A DNA stretch of 61,742 bases, filler included, from Platydemus manokwari (Eukaryota): assembly GCA_037951405.1 (NCBI GenBank). It is 6 parts of 6 records of this genome, joined end to end, with 100 filler letters (N's around TTAATTAATTAA, not from the genome) between each part and the next. Parts side by side here need not be neighbours in the genome. Positions count along the whole stretch, not along the records: positions 21,702 to 31,386 come from JBBMOY011217988.1; positions 31,487 to 42,919 come from JBBMOY010674430.1; 4 more parts are not named here. One strand, written 5' to 3'. Shown here piece by piece: positions 26,597 to 37,200 of this stretch (within the stretch, counting starts at the first letter, position 1; every line of letters starts with the position of its first letter). The notes beneath the pieces were generated by a model that made no database searches, had not been told where the DNA came from, and saw nothing but the letters and a program-made list of their open reading frames with translations. A program made the translations under genes and the position numbers.

Positions 26597-28547
26597 CAGA
26601 AAATAAGAATCTCAAAAGATATATTGACTAATATAGGATATGAATATGAGAGAAATTCTTGCAACAAAATAATACGACCAATGGCTGTTTGAAATATCAA
26701 TGCAGCTCCAATTTCAAAATACACATACTCATGAATTTCATTGCATCCACTTTAAACCTGAAAAATTGAAATTTGTAGTCATGTCATATAATAATATGAT
26801 ACCCAAAATATAGTGTTATCGGCAACACATTAGTCTCCATAGAAATAAGTTATAAGAAAACGTTAGTTTGAATACTGTCTTAGTTACCGTGGTTATAATG
26901 AAGTTTAAAAAAGAAGAATTTAATTCAATTTAATTAATATGGGTTAAGTAAAAAAATGGAAAGTAAATTTAATTTAATTCCTTCAATATTTAGTAACTTT
27001 TCAGTCATCTATCTTTGTATTGAGAAATGTCTTTAATAAATGATGCTAGATAATTTCTTGTAAATATCTAAACTTATCATTTTGGAGGTAGTATTTGAAT
27101 TTATTCTGTTTTGATCTAAATGATAACCAGTTTAATTTTGGGAACAATTAATCAATTAATTAATTACTGAAAACTCATTGACCTTACTGCAGATTCTGTA
27201 TAAACATAGTTTAACGGTTTAATTTGGAAAATGGGTTATTGCTATAAATTCTGAATTACTGAATGCTTCTTAAAAATACTTCAAAAACGTTAAAAATATT
27301 TTCTTTTGTTAAGTGTCTTTAATAATATTTTATGACGATGATTTTATAATTTGCTAAAATATTGTGGCCGAAAATCAATAATAAATGTGGGTTGCAACAT
27401 ATTGAAAAATAATCATGCTGCAATAAGGAAATTTTCATAGAAATAAGTAAGTTGAATAAAAATTAACTTTAATTTTACCAATTTAATTTTTACTTATTCA
27501 TTGTAATAAATTTTTCTGTAAATATTAATATTTTATTGTTGTCGTGGCTTAGATTAACCAGACCTATAGAATATTTAATACAAGATTTCGATATATGATT
27601 ATGAATTGACTCGGATATTTTAAGCGTTTCATGTTCACATGGAATTTCAAAATCTTAAAAACATTTTGCTAATTATATTTTCCTAAGACAACCACTTAAC
27701 AGTCATTAAGAGAATGAAATTAAAATTATCGAAAATTATGGTGAGTTTAGTTAACGACTTTTCGGCAAGTGTAAGATCAGTTATCCAGGAATTTGATAAA
27801 GAAGGAACTATTTTGAGAATTTGAATTGAATTGACACACGGGATTTGGAATTGTAAATAAAATTCAAACAATCTAATTGATTATCACATAAGATTGAATT
27901 GCAAACCTAATATTTTGGAATACATCGAATAAATATGATATCAAAGCACTATATTAAGACCAGAAAGCTGGATTTCTTTATTATGATTGAAATTTCTAAC
28001 ATTGAGATCAGACCTAGCAATAATCTATAATCCATCATCATCCATTTCAACAAATAATCATCAACTAGCCTTTTAAATAATTTAACATAATCGTTCTCAT
28101 TATTATAAAGAAAAAGATAAGAAATAAAATATTAGCACCAAATAATAATAGAGTAAAACAAATTAAAAAAAATAGAAATAAATCAAATTAAAATTCGACC
28201 AATACACAAATTATTATTATGTAATACAACTGATATTTATTATAAAAACAAGTTGAATGTTGATAGATCAAGTGAATAATTTAAATAGAAAAATAAGCAT
28301 GTTAATAAGTAACTATTGATAAATAACTATTAAAATATCTATAACGATGTAGTAAGCAAATAGAATAGGCACAAAATTACACACAGGAAACCAAACTGCT
28401 GACAGAATTATCACAAATTATTATGCATAGTTCAACCAATCATAAAATTGAGAAAGTCAGTGAGTTATCATTATATCAAGTTATTCAGGTAATGCATATT
28501 TGATTTTTATCAAGAACGATAATTTGAATATTATAGCAAAACACAGA

Positions 28548-28842
28548 GGCTAAGGTATAGACTACTCTGAACATTGTTTTATCAAACTATTTTTACATTG
28601 TTACCATGGTTACCAAGGTGATTTGGTTATTAAAAATTAAAATTTGTTATTAAAAAAATAATTTTTACCAAAATTTTTTTTACCATATTCCTGCGCCTTT
28701 GCTATTAATTGCATGTCAGGGAGACCGATAAACTTTCTCTCGAAATCATTTGTTAAATATTCATTTATATTTATATTCATAATATGTAGGTAGATTAAAT
28801 TAGTTTGATAAAACAATGTTCAGAGTAGTCTATACCTTAGCC
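28548..28842. mobile_element. MITE with 42-bp perfect terminal inverted repeats, superfamily unresolved
   Basis: GGCTAAGGTATAGACTACTCTGAACATTGTTTTATCAAACTA at 28548-28589 and its reverse complement at 28801-28842; no clear TSD. Confidence 0.85.
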
Positions 28843-29434
28843 CTCTTAAACATTAAAGAGTTCATTGATTTAAAATATCTGGTGATTAAGAGAATATTTC
28901 CGTATTTGTTCCAATCGTGCAAAAACTCTTTAAAATTAATTGATTTTGGTATTTTTTGGTTAAAATAAATTATATTGTTTTAATAAATTTATTATTTGAA
29001 AGTAATTTGAACAACAAAAGAAGTCATTTCTAAGATTTTCTTAACTTTTATTTAAAACAAACAAATCAAACAATTTAAAAAAAAATTAATTATCTTTTTT
29101 TAAAAATATTTTTCTAGAGATCTTAGTCTATCAATAATTATAAAATAAGATAACAATATTTTATTTAATTAATATTTAATTACCTTATATTAAACAATAA
29201 TAGATAATTTCAAAATATTATTTTTTACTATGAAACTTATTATTAAATTATTAAAATTGTAATTAAAATATTTTTATTAAAATTTCTTATTTAAAATTAT
29301 AATTTATTTTTTCAAAGTTTCCTCTCAATTACATGAGAACTCTTCTCGATTTCAATTAAATTTTTTCATTGCCTGGACAATCCATACCACAATCAAATTA
29401 CATTCATTCATGATATTATTGATATCATTTTTAT

Positions 29435-30115
29435 CAGAGGTGGCCAACTTTTGTGTACGTAAGATCGACTTTTCATTTGAATAACGTCTTTTGATCGACC
29501 TGTTGTCATATGCATAGTCTAACTTTAAAATCCATATCCAAGGAAATTAAAGTAACAAGAATGAATGTTAAAATATTTATTAATTCAAATTAGGTAAGCA
29601 CAAACAAAGATTTAAAATCTTTAACTAAAAAATCATAATTCGGTGTATACCCACACAAAGATAATAATAAAGAGTCATGAGTATGAGAATCAGTCAACAC
29701 AGAACGTTGTTTGCTTTTCGTTAACTTTAAATAAGAAAACGCTGATTTACAAAGGTACGTAAATCAGAAACACGAGTAAATATATTCACAAAATTTCATT
29801 ATTTAGGGATATTTTGCTCGGTTGACGTATTTCCAAAAATCATTCTCAAATCTTCTGGCTTGTAATACCAAATCATTTTGGAAAATTATAATTTCATTTT
29901 CTAAAGACACTCGCTCAATAAGAAATACGTCAGAAATATTTTGGCTAATGCTTTTTATGCTTAAATCTTTTTTAAAAGGAAAAAATATAAATTCTACAAT
30001 TTCTTTAATTTTTTCAAAATCCTGGAATCTTATTTAAAAATCTTTAACAACTTTTTGGATATCTGCGACGTATTTATCAATGTTATAATTAATATTATTA
30101 TGTTTATGTAGGTGG
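29435..30115 (-). mobile_element. 3' end of a hAT (Buster/GTF2IRD2-like) transposon with dead transposase C-terminus
   Basis: One frame with three stops: YVADIQKVVKDF*IRFQDF...FWKYVNRAKYP*...CF*FTYLCKSAFSYLKLTKSKQRSVLTDSH (hAT dimerisation motif). TIR CAGAGGTGGCCAAC at 29435. Confidence 0.88.
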
Positions 30116-30625
30116 ATATGTGTTCGGCTAATAAAAAGCCCTTGATAGTTGGTCTCATACATAAGAACTCCACACATGTCTCGACATTTTTTCCTGATAA
30201 ATCGCACGGCATCCTGTCGGTGAACTGACATGAGAACTACTGGTAATTCTACTTCTTGGGCTCTGTCTTTCAATCTCTCCACTGATATTTTCCGGATTCT
30301 GTGGGTACGATCCTTGAGAGCTACTGCATTGAGAGGTACAAATATTATGATTCCATGCCCCGCAATGATAACGAATGACAGCCTTCGTGACTTGACATTC
30401 GCGAATTTTTGTTCTGTAAAAATCCAATTCCTGATAAATGAAATATGTTTCCTCTGGTCCTGTGGTAACGTTGTGAACGTGCATGGTGGGACATTCCATT
30501 AAGTCCACCATTGAAAATATGGTTGAATGCTTCGGATGTTGACAATCATACGCCGTTAATGGAGTTGATTTCCCGATTAGTCCAAGTATGAGCAATAATT
30601 TAAGAATCGTATTGAATGATCCGCC
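30115..30625 (-). pseudogene. Endogenous chuvirus/Monjiviricetes-type fusion glycoprotein fragment, internally deleted and 3'-truncated
   Basis: Hydrophobic leader then LTAYDC..SMVDLMEC..IYQ..IRECQV..YHCGAWNH, matching the xYDC..SL..C..Q..C.V..CGxxSH pattern of chuviral G. A second frame carries RFIRKKCRDMCGVLMYETNYQGLFI, similar to the downstream CGY..TEHPKLFI motif. Confidence 0.8.
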
Positions 30626-31386
30626 TCAATCCTCCTAACCCATTTGTCATTGGTTGGTTTACTACTACAAAATAGCTCCATCCACCTTGTGTTTGTATGT
30701 ATGGGCCCAGATATTGGTCTGCTAATCTAGCCAACATATTTAGCTCGTTTTAGAACTGATTTATATTCATTTTTGATGCAGTCAGCACCTTATCAACTAG
30801 GCATGTAATGGCTAGTTTTGCTCTAGATTCCGTAAGCCCTGCTTCTGTTAATTCTCTCATTACTTGTTCTGGTTCGATTTCATCGAGTTTAGCAAAGATG
30901 TGATGTATTTTCCTGGTGTATCCTTTGATTTCCTCTATCAAATCCTCATAACCTGCTGTGTCTGCCTGAGGCAATCGATGGGTCTATTCCCTTTGCGATC
31001 CTAAGCAGATAATTTTTTACCTCCGGTTTTGGTAAGTTTTCGATTTGATCTACTAAATGCATTAGTAATTGTGCGTGTGTTTGCCAATTTGTGTTCGGTG
31101 TTCGCATCCCTTGTGGTGCGGATGTAGTTGGTTGTGGTTGAGTTGTTACTCCACTGTTCGAGTGCTGCACACGAGTAGATTTGGGTGGTCTACCCCGTGG
31201 TCTCCGTGTTTGGCTTGGTGCGGGCATTGGAGGCTGAGTTACTCCGTTGTCCGGCTCTGGCGCTGGTGTCGTTACATCAACTATCTCGATTGGAGGTTCA
31301 TTTCTCTCCGTGTCCTGAAAAAGATTGTTTTCCATGTTGATTTGGAGAAATTGTTCCAAATCATTATTTGTGATGTCCTCGAGCGT
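30600..31386 (-). pseudogene. AT-hook + Bcl-2-like ORF upstream of the viral glycoprotein; one frameshift, one premature stop, open to the contig edge
   Basis: RRPRGRPPK AT-hook (about 31180-31206); BH1-like EQVMRELTEAGLTESR (30869-30822); after TAA at 30750-30752 the same frame continues to BH2-like DQYLGPYIQTQGGWSYFV. Confidence 0.72.
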
Positions 31387-31486
31387 NNNNNNNNNNNNNN
31401 NNNNNNNNNNNNNNNNNNNNNNNNNNNNNNTTAATTAATTAANNNNNNNNNNNNNNNNNNNNNNNNNNNNNNNNNNNNNNNNNNNN
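31387..31486. other. Artificial contig spacer
   Basis: 44N-TTAATTAATTAA-44N. Confidence 0.98.
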
Positions 31487-32460
31487 TTTTCTCTTAAATC
31501 GGTTTTAGTTTTGTCATCCAATTTAGTTGTGGAAGTTCCAGTTTCGTTTGTTTCTACAATTGTCTTTTCCCATATTTTAGTTTTTGAATTAAAAGTATAT
31601 CCGTTTTTAATAAACCCATGCATTTTAGAAAACGTAGTAAATGTTTGTATAAACCAATTAGCAGTAACCGTACTGATTTTATCAAACTGGTTATTATCAA
31701 CTGCTGTTATTACTATGATTAAATTATCTCTAATATTTTGGCGACTTCCTTCATCGATATATTGTAATAAATCTTCCCATTTAAAATCTTTCAATAATTT
31801 TACTTTTTCTCTTAAATCGGTTTTAGTTTTGTCATCCAATTTAGTTGTGGAAGTTCCAGTTTCGTTTGTTTCTACAATTGTTTTTTCCCATATTTTAGTT
31901 TTGGAATTAAAAGTATATCCGTTTTTAATGAATCCACTTATTTTAGAAAACGTAGTGAATATTTGTATGAACCATTGGGCGTTAACGGTATTGATTTCAT
32001 CAATCTGGTTATTATCAACTGCTGTTATTATCATTATTAAGCTATCCTCAATTTTTTGACGACTTCCTTCATCGATATACTTTAATAGATCTTTCCATTT
32101 AAAATCTTTCAATAATTTTACTTTTTCTATTAAATCGGCTTTTGTTTTGTCATCCAACTTAGTTGTGATAGTTTCACTTCCACTGGGTTCCACAACAGTC
32201 TTTTCCCATATTTTAGTTTTTGAATTAAAAGTGTATCCGTCTTTAATAAAACCATGTATTTTAGAAAGTTTGGTAAAGATACCTAGGAACGAAAGATAAA
32301 TCTTTTTATTCAATTTGTCCAATTGTTTATTTTCCACAAGCGCAAAGACGTGATTGATATCCTGTTTTACTTTCTGTCTAAAAATTTCGTCGATATACAC
32401 TAGTAAGGTCTCCCATTTAAATTCTTTTAATATCTTCACCTTATTCCTCAAATCCACTAC
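31487..32460 (-). repeat. Coding tandem repeat, 318-bp (106-aa) unit, about 3 copies visible
   Basis: TTTTCTCTTAAATCGGTTTTAGTTTTGTCATCC recurs at 31487 and 31805; GYTFNSKTKIWEKT occurs three times. Confidence 0.95.
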
Positions 32461-35400
32461 GGCTTTTTCACTCAATGTATTTTCTTCCTTAAATTTCAAA
32501 TCTTCTTGATTAATTAAATCGATAATGTGTTCAATGTCATCAAACCAATTGAAATTAATATCGACATTTTTATCTTTGGGTTGATTCAGTAACAGATTGA
32601 TTCGTTCTATCCATAGATTTTGATCGATTCCACGAATTCGTTTAATGATATCGATCCAATTATCTGGGAGATTAAATTGAATTGTTTTTATAATTTCTGT
32701 CGGTGTTTGAGAAATATTAGCAATTTTTATTTTTTGTAAGTGCAAAACGATATCAATTAAAGTGTTCAAAAATTCCACATCAATTTTATCAAATTGCTCA
32801 TTTTCAACGAAATTGATAAATTTTTCAATTGTTTTACTGATTTCTTCTCTCTTGTCCTTGTTTAAATGATTGAGAAGCACAACCCAATTGATTTGTTTCA
32901 AAATTTTAAAATAATCGACGGATGTTTTTGTTATGACTTCTATTTTGCTGGCTTTTGGTATTTTGTCAAGGACTTTTATTTTGGAAATCTTCTTCAGTTT
33001 TCTAATGAATTTCTTGATATATTTTATCAGTTGAATGTCCACATTTTTATAATCATGATTTTTAATCAATGAAATGAATTTCAGTATTTTTTCTGAGATT
33101 TGTACTCTCTTGGTGGAATCAAAATAATTCAGAAATTGTTCCCATTTGATTTGTTCTAAAATCTTAAAGATATTCACATATTTTGATGATAAATCCTTTT
33201 CCTTGTTTTTTTCAGGTAGTAATTTTTTTAATTGATCAGTAATATCGATTATGAATTTCTTCAAATGAGGAGTTATCTTATTAAATTGGTTTTTCTTTAC
33301 AAAAGATATGACCAATGCAATTTTATCTAATAAATCCGGGTTTTCACATTCATCAATTCGGTTTATTAGAGTCTCCCATTTAATCCGTTCTAAGAATTTT
33401 ATGAGTTTTATCAAATGAGCTTTATTGTCACTTTTATTCGCACTTGGTTTTACTTTTTTTAATTTAGTAAAAACTTCAGTTATGAATTGAAATAAATCTG
33501 TATTGATCTTGTCGAATTGTTTATGTCGAACGTAATTAAATATCAATTTCATCTTTTCCATAATTTCAGGTCGTTTTAACTCATCGAAATGATTGATTAA
33601 ATCCTCCAATTTCAATCCTTGTAAGAATCGAACCATGCTGATTATTTCGGTGTGTTTATTATTTATTTCACCTGTCGAAACAGTTTTGACATCTTTCTGT
33701 TTTTGTTTCAACTTTACCAGCAGATGAATTGCATCTACTACAAACTGATGTATGACTGCAGTAATCTTGTCGAATTCTTTGTTTTGTACTAATCTAATGA
33801 ACAATCGTATTTTCTCAATCATCTCGGGTTTCTTGACACTAACTAATTTTTCAATTAAATTCTCCCATTTCAAATTTATCAAAAAATGGACGATTCCCAT
33901 ATAATGCTCGAATTCGTTATCTTCCCTATCATATGTATTGCAATCGCATGTTTTTCTAATATTTATTCTTCTCAACTCTTTGATTATTTGATGCATACCA
34001 TTTAACAAGTTTAAGTTTATTTTAGTCTCATCTTTTCTTTCAATGAGTTTGATGAATGTTTTTATTTTCTCGACGATTTCTTCTCGGCTATTTTCATCAA
34101 AATATTCCACTAATTTCTTCCACTTGAGTGTCTTCAAAAATTTGACATATCTTAAGCCAGTGGTGAATATTTCCTTTTCCTTGTGTTTTTCCTTTTTGAT
34201 ATTGATTATTAAGTCAATTCTCAGTCTGTCTAAGGATGTAATGATTTCATTGATTGAATTTAGAAGTTCAAAATGGATTTTGTCGAATTGTTTGTCACGA
34301 ACCAACTCAATAAAAGCACGGATTTTGTCAGTTATTTGTTTTTTCTTACTCTCCTCCAAGTCATTCAAAAGATCTTCCCATTCCAAATGATCCAATAACG
34401 ACAGATAATGTTTCGATGTTTTGATTATTAATTTAACATTTTCATCAGTTTTGTCATGGTCGAAAAGAATTCTGATTCTGATTTTGAAAATTGTTTTCAC
34501 AATTTCACTGAAAGATTGAATCAGATCATCATCAATCTTGCCTAATTGATCGTTCTGTATGAAAGAAATGAATGATTTTATTTTGGAAATGATCTCCTCA
34601 CTCCGTGCCTCATCATAACGTTTCACCATATCTTCCCAATCAATTTTTTCAAGCAATTCAATATATCTCAATACGTTTTTAACGACATTTTTGAGTTTGG
34701 TAAAATCATTTCTATAAGTAATGAGATATCGAATTTTAAAGGATATTAATTTCGTTACAACATCCGTAATAAATTCTACCATGTCACTATCGATTTTGCG
34801 AAGTTTCTTCTTTTTCACAAGCCGAATAAATGACTCTATTTTCTCAATAATGGCCGGTCGTTTACTTTCTTCGTAATAATTGAGAAACTCATTCCATTTT
34901 GTTTTTTTCAGTATTTTGGAATATCTCTTCAAAATGGAATAAATCCTTTTTCTAATGTCTTTATCATCGATATCCCCGACTTTTGTGTGTCTCACTCTTT
35001 TGAAAGGTTTCAGTTTGATTCGGAACTTGGTTTCAAATCTGCAACGTAAAAATAAACGCATTTTCAGGTGTAATGACAAATTAAATTTGACGTAACATAT
35101 TTTCATTTTTATTTGTAGAAAAATATTAATAAATCGAAACGGTATCGATATCGATAAGAAACACATAAAACAGTGGGTTGTAATGAATCAATTTCACTTT
35201 TGTTTTATCGATAAAAACTGGTGTTCAGTTCTCATTTGAGAATAAATCATCCAATCGAAATTTTTAGATTCAGAACGAATTAAATCAAATCAAATTTACC
35301 TTTGACTGTGATCTGTCGATGGGTTGACGATCCATAAACGATGCTTTGCTATTTGGTGATGATACGGTTTTAAAACAGTCTAAAATCCTGATTTAAACAA

Positions 35401-35743
35401 AATATTTTTTCACGGAATTTAAACAAACTTTGTCTCTTTCATTAAATGGAGTTGGATTTTGTTGGGTTTTCTGCATACATATCGATTGAGCATCTTCATA
35501 AGTTGATTTAAATTTTGACACATAATAACAAGCTTCGTTGTTGACACAAATCGATTCTAGAGTCGAAAAATTTTAATCATAACAATTGATGATTTCTATT
35601 TCCCATACCGAATTGATCCTCACTAAATTCATTGGCGTCATAGAGTGCCGTACCTACGAAAAATGGAATTATAGAACAATTACGAACTGACAGTAAAAAG
35701 TCTAACATAAAACCAAAAAAGAACATATTGCTATCACAGACAT
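31487..35743 (-). CDS. Large secreted protein: signal peptide, partial C-type-lectin-like domain, at least 13 helical repeats; 3'-truncated by contig end. Exons 35743-35707, 35653-35609, 35556-35429, 35379-35300, 35038 to edge
   Basis: Phase-compatible GT-AG introns (53, 52, 49, 261 nt); MSVIAICSFLVLCTALY leader; CVNNEACYYVSKFKSTYEDAQSIC CTL-type N-terminus; stop-free exon of over 3.5 kb with periodic xKWExL...FDKI units. The last splice junction is the least certain. Confidence 0.8.
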
Positions 35744-36300
35744 TATTTTAGCCTGCAATTGGATTTCACTGAAATCTTGCTGAAGTTTATTTATATAAAA
35801 TTATGAAGAAAACATGATATAGAACTTCTAGAAATCTAGAGTTATTGTTCATGTAGATCAAGTGTTGGCTTTAAACTTCAAAAGCCCATCTATGATATTC
35901 AAATCCGTATTATCTAAAAGCGGCAGATTGTATCTATAAGTGGTATGCCTTTTGCTTTTTTACAAAAAATTCTGTTATTCAAGTATTTAATTTTTATGTT
36001 AAATGCGTTTAAAAATTTTCTAGCAGATCTGTTAAAATATACTTACGAGAAAGCGCTTACAAATTGTTGTAAAAATTGGCTAAAACGATTTATGTTATTG
36101 TTTTAGTAAAACAAAACTTTATCGACAATTCAATATGAGAATATCTTGACAATCCATTGACATACTTTTTGAAGTGAGAAAGATATTATGTTTAAAATAA
36201 ATGTGATAATTATTAAGAATAATATATATTATTCATGGTAATAGTAGATATAAATAATAAAGGTAATAAGTCAAATAATTAATATAATCATACCAATGAT

Positions 36301-37200
36301 TGTTGTGAATATTATAAGGATAGTTCACGAATGGATGAGTCCAGGGAATATTTAATAGTTTTACTTATTGGTTTCTTTAACTAGAATTCACTAGAAATTG
36401 GCTATAATAATAAATTGTATTTGAATTTTGGTTTCATATTACCTTATATTCCTTATCATTAAATGATAATAATTGTAGGATTTTTGCTTCATTCATCGGT
36501 TCACAACGTTCTAATTATAAACGGAGTTTGTTATTTATTTTTATAATCTACTTATTAACTTAAACTATAATTTAGGAACCAGTTGGTAGCATGTTTAAGG
36601 GTTAGGATATTAATATTATTATACACTATGCATCTAGATCCACTTACCAACATTTCTTTTGAATACCGATAGTCGTGTCCTCGGGGTTTCGATGTTAGTT
36701 GTGTCTACTTGTTTTCTGGGCTATGAATCTTCGTTTCTTACTTTTTGTACCCATAACATATCTCCTATATTCTCCTATATTTAAACTCTGGTTCCTTGAA
36801 TTTAACTTCCACTGTGAAATTAGAATTTCAAGATCTCCCATCAGAGCTATCGTTTTTATTCATATTTCTTCTCTAGCTTTCTCCAGTCGGTACTTTTCTA
36901 AACGGCCTTTTTCTTCTTAAATATTATCTTATAGGATATCTTACTTCTGCAAAATTTAATGGGATTAGTCTCCATTGTCGTTTAGATTAGGTTGTTAAAA
37001 CTAATTCTTCAAGATTATCCTCCAGTTCAGTTTTAATATCCATGGATTCGGATTCGTCTCTAATTACAATAGTTAAACTCAGAACAGCAACTGTTGACTT
37101 TCTGTTTGAGTCTACGGTTGTGGTTCTAAGTTTTTCGAAATTTCTGTCTTGCAATCATTGGATAATTTGGTTTCTGCACGTCATTAGTTTCAAACTTTAG
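36301..37200 (-). mobile_element. Candidate LTR (36301-36652) with decayed internal coding remnant
   Basis: TGTTG...CAACA ends; purine tract AAAAGAAA directly before TGTTGG on minus; stop-interrupted reading ..VRYPIR*YLRRKRP..EKYRLEKAREEI. Confidence 0.35.

Noticed and set aside
31511-34390. Plus-strand ORFs 31511-32059, 32866-33072 and 34043-34390
   Set aside because: Antisense shadows of the long minus-strand coding exon.
35039-35166. ORF-track start MCFLSISIPF for the 1243-aa ORF
   Set aside because: A better model uses upstream exons with a signal peptide and the acceptor ending at 35039.
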